Below are positions 14,034 through 28,585 of a DNA stretch of 64,000 bases, piece after piece. The stretch comes from Eledone cirrhosa. Taxonomy: Eukaryota. Position numbers and translations under genes: made by a program. Each line of letters starts with the position of its first letter. Within the stretch, counting starts at the first letter, position 1. The stretch spans positions 1,798,001-1,862,000 of the forward strand of contig OZ024759.1 in the NCBI GenBank assembly GCA_964016885.1, written 5' to 3'. The notes below the pieces were generated by a model, which was given only the letters and a program-made list of their open reading frames with translations, did no database searches and was not told the origin of the DNA.

Positions 14034-17000
14034 AAAGTCTACATTAGTAACATGACAAAGTCTATATTAGTAACATGACAAGGTCTATATTAGTAACATG
14101 ACACAGTCTATATTAGTAGCATGACACAGTCTATATTAGTAACATGATACAGTCTATATTAGTAACATGACAAAGTCTATATTAGTAACATGACACAGTC
14201 TATATTAGTAACATGACAGTCTATATTAGTAACATGACAGTCTACATTAGTAACATGACACAGTCTATATTAGTAACATGACAAAGTCGATATTAGTAAC
14301 ATGACAATGTCTATATTAGTAACATGACAAAGTCTATATTAGTAACATGACACAGTCTATATTAGTAACATGACACAGTCTACATTAGTAACATGACAAA
14401 GTCTATATTAGTAACATGACACAGTCTATATTAGTAACATGAGACAGTCTATATTAGTAACATGACAAAGTCTATATTAGTAACATGACACAGTCTATAT
14501 TAGTAACATGACAAAGTCTATATTAGTAACATGACAAAGTCTATATTAGTAACATGACAAAGTCTATATTAGTAACATGACAAAGTCTATATTAGTAGCA
14601 TGACACAGTCTATATTAGTAACATGACACAGTCTATATTAGTAACATGACACAGTCTATATTATTAGCATGACAAAGTCTATATTAGTAACATGACACAG
14701 TCTATATTAGTAACATGAGACAGTCTATATTAGTAACATGACTAAGTCTATATTAGTAACATGACACAGTCTATATTAGTAACATGACACAGTCTATATT
14801 AGTAACATGACACAGTATATATTAGTTACATGACAAAGTCTATATTAGTAACATGACAAAGTCTATATTAGTAACATGACACAGTCTATATTAGTAACAT
14901 GATGAAGTCTATATTAGTAACATGACACAGTCTATATTAGTAACATGACACAGTCTATATTAGTAACATGAAAAAGTCTATATTAGTAACATGACAAAGT
15001 CTATATTAGTAACATGACAAAGTCTATATTAGTAACAGGACAAAGTCTATATTAGTAGCATGACACAGTCTATATTAGCAACATGACAAAGTCTATATTA
15101 GTAACATGACACAGTCTATATTAGTAACATGACACAGTCTATATTAGTAACATGACACAGTCTATATTAGTAACATGACAAAGTCTACATTAGTAACATG
15201 ACACAGTCTATATTAGTAACATGACAAGGTCTATATTAGTAACATGACACAGTCTATATTAGTAGCATGACACAGTCTATATTAGTAACATGATACAGTC
15301 TATATTAGTAACATGACAAAGTCTATATTAGTAACATGACACAGTCTATATTAGTAACATGACAGTCTATATTAGTAACATGACAGTCTACATTAGTAAC
15401 ATGACACAGTCTATATTAGTAACATGACAAAGTCGATATTAGTAACATGACAATGTCTATATTAGTAACATGACAAAGTCTATATTAGTAACATGACACA
15501 GTCTATATTACTAACATGACACAGTCTATATTAGTAACATGACAAAGTCTATATTAGTAACATGACAAAGTCTATATTAGTAACATGGCAAAGTCTATAT
15601 TAGTAACATGACACAGTCTATATTAGTAACATGACACAGTCTATATTAGTAGCATGACACAGTCTATATTAGTAACATGATACAGTCTATATTAGTAACA
15701 TGACAAAGTCTATATTAGTAATATGACAAAGTCTATATTAGTAAAATGACAAAGTCTATATTAGTAACATGACAAAGTCTTTATTAGTAACATGACACAG
15801 TCTATATTAGTAACATGACACAGTCTATATTAGTAACATGACAAAGTCTATATTAGTAACATGACAAAGTCTATATTAGTAACATGACACAGTCTATATT
15901 AGTAACATGACACAGTCTATATTAGTAACATGACAAAGTCTATATTAGTAACATGACAAAGTCTATATTAGTAACATGACACAGTCTATATTAGTAACAT
16001 GACACAGTCTATATTAGTAACATGAGACAGTCTATATTAGTAGCATGACAAAGTCTATATTAGTAACATGACACAGTCTACATTAGTAACATGACAAAGT
16101 CTATATTAGTAACATGACACAGTCTATATTAGTAACATGAGACAGTCTATATTAGTAACATGACTAAGTCTATATTAGTAACATGACACAGTCTATATTA
16201 GTAACATGACACAGTCTATATTAGTAACATGACACAGTATATATTAGTTACATGACAAAGTCTATATTAGTAACATGACAAAGTCTATATTAGTAACATG
16301 ACACAGTCTATATTAGTAACATGATGAAGTCTATATTAGTAACATGACACAGTCTATATTAGTAACATGAAAAAGTCTATATTAGTAACATGACAAAGTC
16401 TATATTAGTAACATGACAAAGTCTATATTAGTAACATGACAAAGTCTATATTAGTAGCATGACACAGTCTATATTAGCAACATGACAAAGTCTATATTAG
16501 TAACATGACACAGTCTATATTAGTAACATGACACAGTCTATATTAGTAACATGACACAGTCTATATTAGTAACATGACAAAGTCTACATTAGTAACATGA
16601 CAAAGTCTATATTAGTAACATTACAAGGTCTATATTAGTAACATGACACAGTCTATATTAGTAGCATGACACAGTCTATATTAGTAACATGATACAGTCT
16701 ATATTAGTAACATGACAAAGTCTATATTAGTAACATGACACAGTCTATATTAGTAACATGACAGTCTATATTAGTAACATGACAGTCTACATTAGTAACA
16801 TGACACAGTCTATATTAGTAACATGACAAAGTCGATATTAGTAACATGACAATGTCTATATTAGTAACATGACAAAGTCTATATTAGTAACATGACACAG
16901 TCTATATTACTAACATGACACAGTCTATATTAGTAACATGACAAAGTCTATATTAGTAACATGACAAAGTCTATATTAGTAACATGACAAAGTCTATATT

Positions 17001-20000
17001 AGTAACATGACACAGTCTATATTAGTAACATGACACAGTCTATATTAGTAGCATGACACAGTCTATATTAGTAACATGATACAGTCTATATTAGTAACAT
17101 GACAAAGTCTATATTAGTAATATGACAAAGTCTATATTAGTAAAATGACAAAGTCTATATTAGTAACATGACAAAGTCTTTATTAGTAACATGACACAGT
17201 CTATATTAGTAACATGACACAGTCTATATTAGTAACATGACAAAGTCTATATTAGTAACATGACAAAGTCTATATTAGTAACATGACACAGTCTATATTA
17301 GTAACATGACACAGTCTATATTAGTAACATGACAAAGTCTATATTAGTAACATGACAAAGTCTATATTAGTAACATGACACAGTCTATATTAGTAACATG
17401 ACACAGTCTATATTAGTAACATGAGACAGTCTATATTAGTAGCATGACAAAGTCTATATTAGTAACATGACACAGTCTATATTAGTAACATGACAAAGTC
17501 TATATTAGTTACATGACAAAGTCTATATTAGTAACATGACAAAGTCTATATTAGTAACATGACACAGTCTATATTAGTAACATGACGAAGTCTATATTAG
17601 TAACATGACACAGTCTATATTAGTAACATGACACAGTCTATATTAGTAACATGACAAAGTCTATATTAGTAACATGACAAAGTCTATATTAGTAACATGA
17701 CACAGTCTATATTAGTAACATGACACAGTCTATATTAGTAACATGAGACAGTCTATATTAGTAGCATGACAAAGTCTATATTAGTAACATGACACAGTCT
17801 ATATTAGTAACATGACACAGTCTATATTAGTAACATGACACAGTCTATATTAGTAACATGACACAGTCTATATTAGTAACATGACAAAGTCTACATTAGT
17901 AACATGACAAAGTCTATATTAGTAACATGACAAGGTCTGTATTAGTAACATGACACAGTCTATATTAGTAGCATGACACAGTCTATATTAGTAACATGAT
18001 ACAGTCTATATTAGTAACATGACAAAGTCTATATTAGTAACATGACACAGTCTATATTAGTAACATGACACAGTCTATATTAGTAACATGACACAGTCTA
18101 TATTAGTAACATGACAAAGTCTATATTAGTAACATGACAAAGTCTATATTAGTAACATGACACAGTCTATATTAGTAGCATGACAAAGTCTGTATTAGTA
18201 ACATGACAAAGTCTATATTAGTAACATGACAAAGTCTGTATTAGTAACATGACAAAGTCTATAGTAGTAACATGACACAGTCTATATTAGTAACATGACA
18301 AAGTCTATATTAGTAGCATGACAAAGTCTATATTAGTAACATGACAAAGTCTATATTAGTAACATGACAAAGTCTATATTAGTAACATGACAAAGTCTAT
18401 ATTAGTAACATGACAAAGTCTATATTAGTAACATGACAAAGTCTATATTAGTAACATGACACAGTCTATATTAGTAACATGACAGTCTATATTAGTAACA
18501 TGACAGTCTACATTAGTAACATGACACAGTCTATATTAGTAACATGACAAAGTCGATATTAGTAACATGACAATGTCTATATTAGTAACATGACAAAGTC
18601 TATATTAGTAACATGACACAGTCTATATTACTAACATGACACAGTCTATATTAGTAACATGACACAGTCTATATTAGTAACATGACAAAGTCTATATTAG
18701 TAACATGACAAAGTCTATATTAGTAACATGACAAAGTCTATATTAGTAACATGACACAGTCTATATTAGTAAAATGACAAAGTCTATATTAGTAACATGA
18801 CACAGTCTATATTAGTAACATGACAGTCTATATTAGTAACATGACAGTCTACATTAGTAACATGACACAGTCTATATTAGTAACATGACAAAGTCGATAT
18901 TAGTAACATGACAATGTCTATATTAGTAACATGACAAAGTCTATATTAGTAACATGACACAGTCTATATTACTAACATGACACAGTCTATATTAGTAACA
19001 TGACACAGTCTATATTAGTAACATGACAAAGTCTATATTAGTAACATGACAAAGTCTATATTAGTAACATGACAAAGTCTATATTAGTAACATGACACAG
19101 TCTATATTAGTAACATGACACAGTCTAGATTAGTAACATGACACAGTCTATATTAGTAACATGAGACAGTCTATATTAGTAGCATGACAAAGTCTATATT
19201 AGTAACATGACACAGTCTACATTAGTAACATGACAAAGTCTATATTAGTAACATGACACAGTCTATATTAGTAACATGAGACAGTCTATATTAGTAACAT
19301 GACAAAGTCTATATTAGTAACATGACACAGTCTATATTAGTAACATGACAAAGTCTATATTAGTAACATGACAAAGTCTATATTAGTAACATGACAAAGT
19401 CTATATTAGTAACATGACAAAGTCTATATTAGTAGCATGACACAGTCTATATTAGTAACATGACACAGTCTATATTAGTAACATGACACAGTCTATATTA
19501 TTAACATGACAAAGTCTATATTAGTAACATGACACAGTCTATATTAGTAACATGAGTCAGTCTATATTAGTAACATGACTAAGTCTATATTAGTAACATG
19601 ACACAGTCTATATTAGCAACATGACAAAGTCTATATTAGTAACATGACACAGTCTATATTAGTAACATGACACAGTCTATATTAGTAACATGACTCAGTC
19701 TATATTAGTAACATGACAAAGTCTACATTAGTAACATGACAAAGTCTATATTAGTAACATGACAAGGTCTATATTAGTAACATGACACAGTCTATATTAG
19801 TAGCATGACACAGTCTATATTAGTAACATGATACAGTCTATATTAGTAACATGACAAAGTCTATATTAGTAACATGACACAGTCTATATTAGTAACATGA
19901 CAGTCTATATTAGTAACATGACAGTCTACATTAGTAACATGACACAGTCTATATTAGTAACATGACAAAGTCGATATTAGTAACATGACAATGTCTATAT

Positions 20001-23000
20001 TAGTAACATGACAAAGTCTATATTAGTAACATGACACAGTCTATATTACTAACATGACACAGTCTATATTAGTAACATGACAAAGTCTATATTAGTAACA
20101 TGACACAGTCTATATTAGTAACATGACAAAGTCTACATTAGTAACATGACAAAGTCTATATTAGTAACATGACAAGGTCTATATTAGTAACATGACACAG
20201 TCTATATTAGTAGCATGACACAGTCTATATTAGTAACATGATACAGTCTATATTAGTAACATGACAAAGTCTATATTAGTAACATGACACAGTCTATATT
20301 AGTAACATGACAGTCTATATTAGTAACATGACAGTCTACATTAGTAACATGACACAGTCTATATTAGTAACATGACACAGTCTATATTAGTAACATGACA
20401 AAGTCGATATTAGTAACATGACAATGTCTATATTAGTAACATGACAAAGTCTATATTAGTAACATGACACAGTCTATATTACTAACATGACACAGTCTAT
20501 ATTAGTAACATGACAAAGTCTATATTAGTAACATGACAAAGTCTATATTAGTAACATGACAAAGTCTATATTAGTAACATGACACAGTCTATATTAGTAA
20601 CATGACACAGTCTATATTAGTAGCATGACACAGTCTATATTAGTAACATGATACAGTCTATATTAGTAACATGACAAAGTCTATATTAGTAATATGACAA
20701 AGTCTATATTAGTAAAATGACAAAGTCTATATTAGTAACATGACAAAGTCTTTATTAGTAACATGACACAGTCTATATTAGTAACATGACACAGTCTATA
20801 TTAGTAACATGACAAAGTCTATATTAGTAACATGACAAAGTCTATATTAGTAACATGACACAGTCTATATTAGTAACATGACACAGTCTATATTAGTAAC
20901 ATGACAAAGTCTATATTAGTAACATGACAAAGTCTATATTAGTAACATGACACAGTCTATATTAGTAACATGACACAGTCTATATTAGTAACATGAGACA
21001 GTCTATATTAGTAGCATGACAAAGTCTATATTAGTAACATGACACAGTCTATATTAGTAACATGACAAAGTCTATATTAGTTACATGACAAAGTCTATAT
21101 TAGTAACATGACAAAGTCTATATTAGTAACATGACACAGTCTATATTAGTAACATGACGAAGTCTATATTAGTAACATGACACAGTCTATATTAGTAACA
21201 TGACACAGTCTATATTAGTAACATGACAAAGTCTATATTAGTAACATGACAAAGTCTATATTAGTAACATGACACAGTCTATATTAGTAACATGACACAG
21301 TCTATATTAGTAACATGAGACAGTCTATATTAGTAGCATGACAAAGTCTATATTAGTAACATGACACAGTCTATATTAGTAACATGACACAGTCTATATT
21401 AGTAACATGACACAGTCTATATTAGTAACATGACACAGTCTATATTAGTAACATGACAAAGTCTACATTAGTAACATGACAAAGTCTATATTAGTAACAT
21501 GACAAGGTCTGTATTAGTAACATGACACAGTCTATATTAGTAGCATGACACAGTCTATATTAGTAACATGATACAGTCTATATTAGTAACATGACAAAGT
21601 CTATATTAGTAACATGACACAGTCTATATTAGTAACATGACACAGTCTATATTAGTAACATGACACAGTCTATATTAGTAACATGACAAAGTCTATATTA
21701 GTAACATGACAAAGTCTATATTAGTAACATGACACAGTCTATATTAGTAGCATGACAAAGTCTGTATTAGTAACATGACAAAGTCTATATTAGTAACATG
21801 ACAAAGTCTGTATTAGTAACATGACAAAGTCTATAGTAGTAACATGACACAGTCTATATTAGTAACATGACAAAGTCTATATTAGTAGCATGACAAAGTC
21901 TATATTAGTAACATGACAAAGTCTATATTAGTAACATGACAAAGTCTATATTAGTAACATGACAAAGTCTATATTAGTAACATGACAAAGTCTATATTAG
22001 TAACATGACAAAGTCTATATTAGTAACATGACACAGTCTATATTAGTAACATGACAGTCTATATTAGTAACATGACAGTCTACATTAGTAACATGACACA
22101 GTCTATATTAGTAACATGACAAAGTCGATATTAGTAACATGACAATGTCTATATTAGTAACATGACAAAGTCTATATTAGTAACATGACACAGTCTATAT
22201 TACTAACATGACACAGTCTATATTAGTAACATGACACAGTCTATATTAGTAACATGACAAAGTCTATATTAGTAACATGACAAAGTCTATATTAGTAACA
22301 TGACAAAGTCTATATTAGTAACATGACACAGTCTATATTAGTAAAATGACAAAGTCTATATTAGTAACATGACACAGTCTATATTAGTAACATGACAGTC
22401 TATATTAGTAACATGACAGTCTACATTAGTAACATGACACAGTCTATATTAGTAACATGACAAAGTCGATATTAGTAACATGACAATGTCTATATTAGTA
22501 ACATGACAAAGTCTATATTAGTAACATGACACAGTCTATATTACTAACATGACACAGTCTATATTAGTAACATGACACAGTCTATATTAGTAACATGACA
22601 AAGTCTATATTAGTAACATGACAAAGTCTATATTAGTAACATGACAAAGTCTATATTAGTAACATGACACAGTCTATATTAGTAACATGACACAGTCTAG
22701 ATTAGTAACATGACACAGTCTATATTAGTAACATGAGACAGTCTATATTAGTAGCATGACAAAGTCTATATTAGTAACATGACACAGTCTACATTAGTAA
22801 CATGACAAAGTCTATATTAGTAACATGACACAGTCTATATTAGTAACATGAGACAGTCTATATTAGTAACATGACAAAGTCTATATTAGTAACATGACAC
22901 AGTCTATATTAGTAACATGACAAAGTCTATATTAGTAACATGACAAAGTCTATATTAGTAACATGACAAAGTCTATATTAGTAACATGACAAAGTCTATA

Positions 23001-26000
23001 TTAGTAGCATGACACAGTCTATATTAGTAACATGACACAGTCTATATTAGTAACATGACACAGTCTATATTATTAACATGACAAAGTCTATATTAGTAAC
23101 ATGACACAGTCTATATTAGTAACATGAGTCAGTCTATATTAGTAACATGACTAAGTCTATATTAGTAACATGACACAGTCTATATTAGCAACATGACAAA
23201 GTCTATATTAGTAACATGACACAGTCTATATTAGTAACATGACACAGTCTATATTAGTAACATGACACAGTCTATATTAGTAACATGACAAAGTCTACAT
23301 TAGTAACATGACAAAGTCTATATTAGTAACATGACAAGGTCTATATTAGTAACATGACACAGTCTATATTAGTAGCATGACACAGTCTATATTAGTAACA
23401 TGATACAGTCTATATTAGTAACATGACAAAGTCTATATTAGTAACATGACACAGTCTATATTAGTAACATGACCGTCTATATTAGTAACATGACAGTCTA
23501 CATTAGTAACATGACACAGTCTATATTAGTAACATGACAAAGTCGATATTAGTAACATGACAATGTCTATATTAGTAACATGACAAAGTCTATATTAGTA
23601 ACATGACACAGTCTATATTACTAACATGACACAGTCTATATTAGTAACATGACAAAGTCTATATTAGTAACATGACACAGTCTATATTAGTAACATGACA
23701 AAGTCTACATTAGTAACATGACAAAGTCTATATTAGTAACATGACAAGGTCTATATTAGTAACATGACACAGTCTATATTAGTAGCATGACACAGTCTAT
23801 ATTAGTAACATGATACAGTCTATATTAGTAACATGACAAAGTCTATATTAGTAACATGACACAGTCTATATTAGTAACATGACAGTCTATATTAGTAACA
23901 TGACAGTCTACATTAGTAACATGACACAGTCTATATTAGTAACATGACACAGTCTAGATTAGTAACATGACACAGTCTATATTAGTAACATGAGACAGTC
24001 TATATTAGTAGCATGACAAAGTCTATATTAGTAACATGACACAGTCTACATTAGTAACATGACAAAGTCTATATTAGTAACATGACACAGTCTATATTAG
24101 TAACATGAGACAGTCTATATTAGTAACATGACAAAGTCTATATTAGTAACATGACACAGTCTATATTAGTAACATGACAAAGTCTATATTAGTAACATGA
24201 CAAGGTCTATATTAGTAACATGACAAAGTCTATATTAGTAACATGACAAAGTCTATATTAGTAGCATGACACAGTCTATATTAGTAACATGACACAGTCT
24301 ATATTAGTAACATGACACAGTCTATATTATTAGCATGACAAAGTCTATATTAGTAACATGACACAGTCTATATTAGTAACATGAGACAGTCTATATTAGT
24401 AACATGACTAAGTCTATATTAGTAACATGACACAGTCTATATTAGTAACATGACACAGTATATATTAGTTACATGACAAAGTCTATATTAGTAACATGAC
24501 AAAGTCTATATTAGTAACATGACACAGTCTATATTAGTAACATGACGAAGTCTATATTAGTAACATGACACAGTCTATATTAGTAACATGACACAGTCTA
24601 TATTAGTAACATGAAAAAGTCTATATTAGTAACATGACAAAGTCTATATTAGTAACATGACAAAGTCTATATTAGTAACATGACAAAGTCTATATTAGTA
24701 GCATGACACAGTCTATATTAGCAACATGACAAAGTCTATATTAGTAACATGACACAGTCTATATTAGTAACATGACACAGTCTATATTAGTAACATGACA
24801 CAGTCTATATTAGTAACATGACAAAGTCTACATTAGTAATATGACAAAGTCTATATTAGTAACATGACAAGGTCTATATTAGTAACATGACACAGTCTAT
24901 ATTAGTAGCATGACACAGTCTATATTAGTAACATGATACAGTCTATATTAGTAACATGACAAAGTCTATATTAGTAACATGACACAGTCTATATTAGTAA
25001 CATGACAGTCTATATTAGTAACATGACAGTCTACATTAGTAACATGACACAGTCTATATTAGTAACATGACAAAGTCGATATTAGTAACATGACAATGTC
25101 TATATTAGTAACATGACAAAGTCTATATTAGTAACATGACACAGTCTATATTACTAACATGACACAGTCTATATTAGTAACATGACAAAGTCTACATTAG
25201 TAACATGACAAAGTCTATATTAGTAACATGACAAGGTCTATATTAGTAACATGACACAGTCTATATTAGTAGCATGACACAGTCTATATTAGTAACATGA
25301 TACAGTCTATATTAGTAACATGACAAAGTCTATATTAGTAACATGACACAGTCTATATTAGTAACATGACAGTCTATATTAGTAACATGACAGTCTACAT
25401 TAGTAACATGACACAGTCTATATTAGTAACATGACAAAGTCGATATTAGTAACATGACACAGTCTATATTAGTAACATGACACAGTCTACATTAGTAACA
25501 TGACAAAGTCTATATTAGTAACATGACACAGTCTATATTAGTAACATGAGACAGTCTATATTAGTAACATGACAAAGTCTATATTAGTAACATGACACAG
25601 TCTATATTAGTAACATGACAAAGTCTATATTAGTAACATGACAAAGTCTATATTAGTAACATGACAAAGTCTATATTAGTAACATGACAAAGTCTATATT
25701 AGTAGCATGACACAGTCTATATTAGTAACATGACACAGTCTATATTAGTAACATGACACAGTCTATATTATTAGCATGACAAAGTCTATATTAGTAACAT
25801 GACACAGTCTATATTAGTAACATGAGACAGTCTATATTAGTAACATGACTAAGTCTATATTAGTAACATGACACAGTCTATATTAGTAACATGACACAGT
25901 CTATATTAGTAACATGACACAGTATATATTAGTTACATGACAAAGTCTATATTAGTAACATGACAAAGTCTATATTAGTAACATGACACAGTCTATATTA

Positions 26001-28585
26001 GTAACATGATGAAGTCTATATTAGTAACATGACACAGTCTATATTAGTAACATGACACAGTCTATATTAGTAACATGAAAAAGTCTATATTAGTAACATG
26101 ACAAAGTCTATATTAGTAACATGACAAAGTCTATATTAGTAACAGGACAAAGTCTATATTAGTAGCATGACACAGTCTATATTAGCAACATGACAAAGTC
26201 TATATTAGTAACATGACACAGTCTATATTAGTAACATGACACAGTCTATATTAGTAACATGACACAGTCTATATTAGTAACATGACAAAGTCTACATTAG
26301 TAACATGACAAAGTCTATATTAGTAACATGACAAGGTCTATATTAGTAACATGACACAGTCTATATTAGTAGCATGACACAGTCTATATTAGTAACATGA
26401 TACAGTCTATATTAGTAACATGACACAGTCTATATTAGTAACATGACACAGTCTATATTAGTAACATGACAGTCTATATTAGTAACATGACAGTCTACAT
26501 TAGTAACATGACACAGTCTATATTAGTAACATGACAAAGTCGATATTAGTAACATGACAATGTCTATATTAGTAACATGACAAAGTCTATATTAGTAACA
26601 TGACACAGTCTATATTACTAACATGACACAGTCTATATTAGTAACATGACAAAGTCTATATTAGTAACATGACAAAGTCTATATTAGTAACATGACAAAG
26701 TCTATATTAGTAACATGACACAGTCTATATTAGTAACATGACACAGTCTATATTAGTAGCATGACACAGTCTATATTAGTAACATGATACAGTCTATATT
26801 AGTAACATGACAAAGTCTATATTAGTAATATGACAAAGTCTATATTAGTAAAATGACAAAGTCTATATTAGTAACATGACAAAGTCTTTATTAGTAACAT
26901 GACACAGTCTATATTAGTAACATGACACAGTCTATATTAGTAACATGACAAAGTCTATATTAGTAACATGACAAAGTCTATATTAGTAACATGACACAGT
27001 CTATATTAGTAACATGACACAGTCTATATTAGTAACATGACAAAGTCTATATTAGTAACATGACAAAGTCTATATTAGTAACATGACACAGTCTATATTA
27101 GTAACATGACACAGTCTATATTAGTAACATGAGACAGTCTATATTAGTAGCATGACAAAGTCTATATTAGTAACATGACACAGTCTACATTAGTAACATG
27201 ACAAAGTCTATATTAGTAACATGACACAGTCTATATTAGTAACATGAGACAGTCTATATTAGTAACATGACTAAGTCTATATTAGTAACATGACACAGTC
27301 TATATTAGTAACATGACACAGTCTATATTAGTAACATGACACAGTATATATTAGTTACATGACAAAGTCTATATTAGTAACATGACAAAGTCTATATTAG
27401 TAACATGACACAGTCTATATTAGTAACATGATGAAGTCTATATTAGTAACATGACACAGTCTATATTAGTAACATGAAAAAGTCTATATTAGTAACATGA
27501 CAAAGTCTATATTAGTAACATGACAAAGTCTATATTAGTAACATGACAAAGTCTATATTAGTAGCATGACACAGTCTATATTAGCAACATGACAAAGTCT
27601 ATATTAGTAACATGACACAGTCTATATTAGTAACATGACACAGTCTATATTAGTAACATGACACAGTCTATATTAGTAACATGACAAAGTCTACATTAGT
27701 AACATGACAAAGTCTATATTAGTAACATGACAAGGTCTATATTAGTAACATGACACAGTCTATATTAGTAGCATGACACAGTCTATATTAGTAACATGAT
27801 ACAGTCTATATTAGTAACATGACAAAGTCTATATTAGTAACATGACACAGTCTATATTAGTAACATGACAGTCTATATTAGTAACATGACAGTCTACATT
27901 AGTAACATGACACAGTCTATATTAGTAACATGACAAAGTCGATATTAGTAACATGACAATGTCTATATTAGTAACATGACAAAGTCTATATTAGTAACAT
28001 GACACAGTCTATATTACTAACATGACACAGTCTATATTAGTAACATGACAAAGTCTATATTAGTAACATGACAAAGTCTATATTAGTAACATGACAAAGT
28101 CTATATTAGTAACATGACACAGTCTATATTAGTAACATGACACAGTCTATATTAGTAGCATGACACAGTCTATATTAGTAACATGATACAGTCTATATTA
28201 GTAACATGACAAAGTCTATATTAGTAATATGACAAAGTCTATATTAGTAAAATGACAAAGTCTATATTAGTAACATGACAAAGTCTTTATTAGTAACATG
28301 ACACAGTCTATATTAGTAACATGACACAGTCTATATTAGTAACATGACAAAGTCTATATTAGTAACATGACAAAGTCTATATTAGTAACATGACACAGTC
28401 TATATTAGTAACATGACACAGTCTATATTAGTAACATGACAAAGTCTATATTAGTAACATGACAAAGTCTATATTAGTAACATGACACAGTCTATATTAG
28501 TAACATGACACAGTCTATATTAGTAACATGAGACAGTCTATATTAGTAGCATGACAAAGTCTATATTAGTAACATGACACAGTCT
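10250..28585 (+). repeat. Older ~7.6-kb higher-order duplication, later expanded by the 3,572-bp duplication (offsets 7,581, then 11,153/11,107)
   Basis: CAAGGTCTGT lies at 10350/17931/21503 (7,581, then 3,572). AATATG after CTAC lies at 13685/24838 (11,153) and AACAGGA at 15034/26141 (11,107). The 46-bp shift matches two monomers missing near 25450. Confidence 0.75.
16790..23955 (+). repeat. Higher-order tandem duplication, period 3,572 bp (156 monomers, 8 of them 21-mers), 2 copies
   Basis: GTCTTT 17176/20748, CAAGGTCTGT 17931/21503, ATAGTAG 18261/21833 and CATGAGTC 19551/23123 share the offset. Private differences are TGACTCAG at 19691 and GACCGTC at 23471. Confidence 0.92.
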
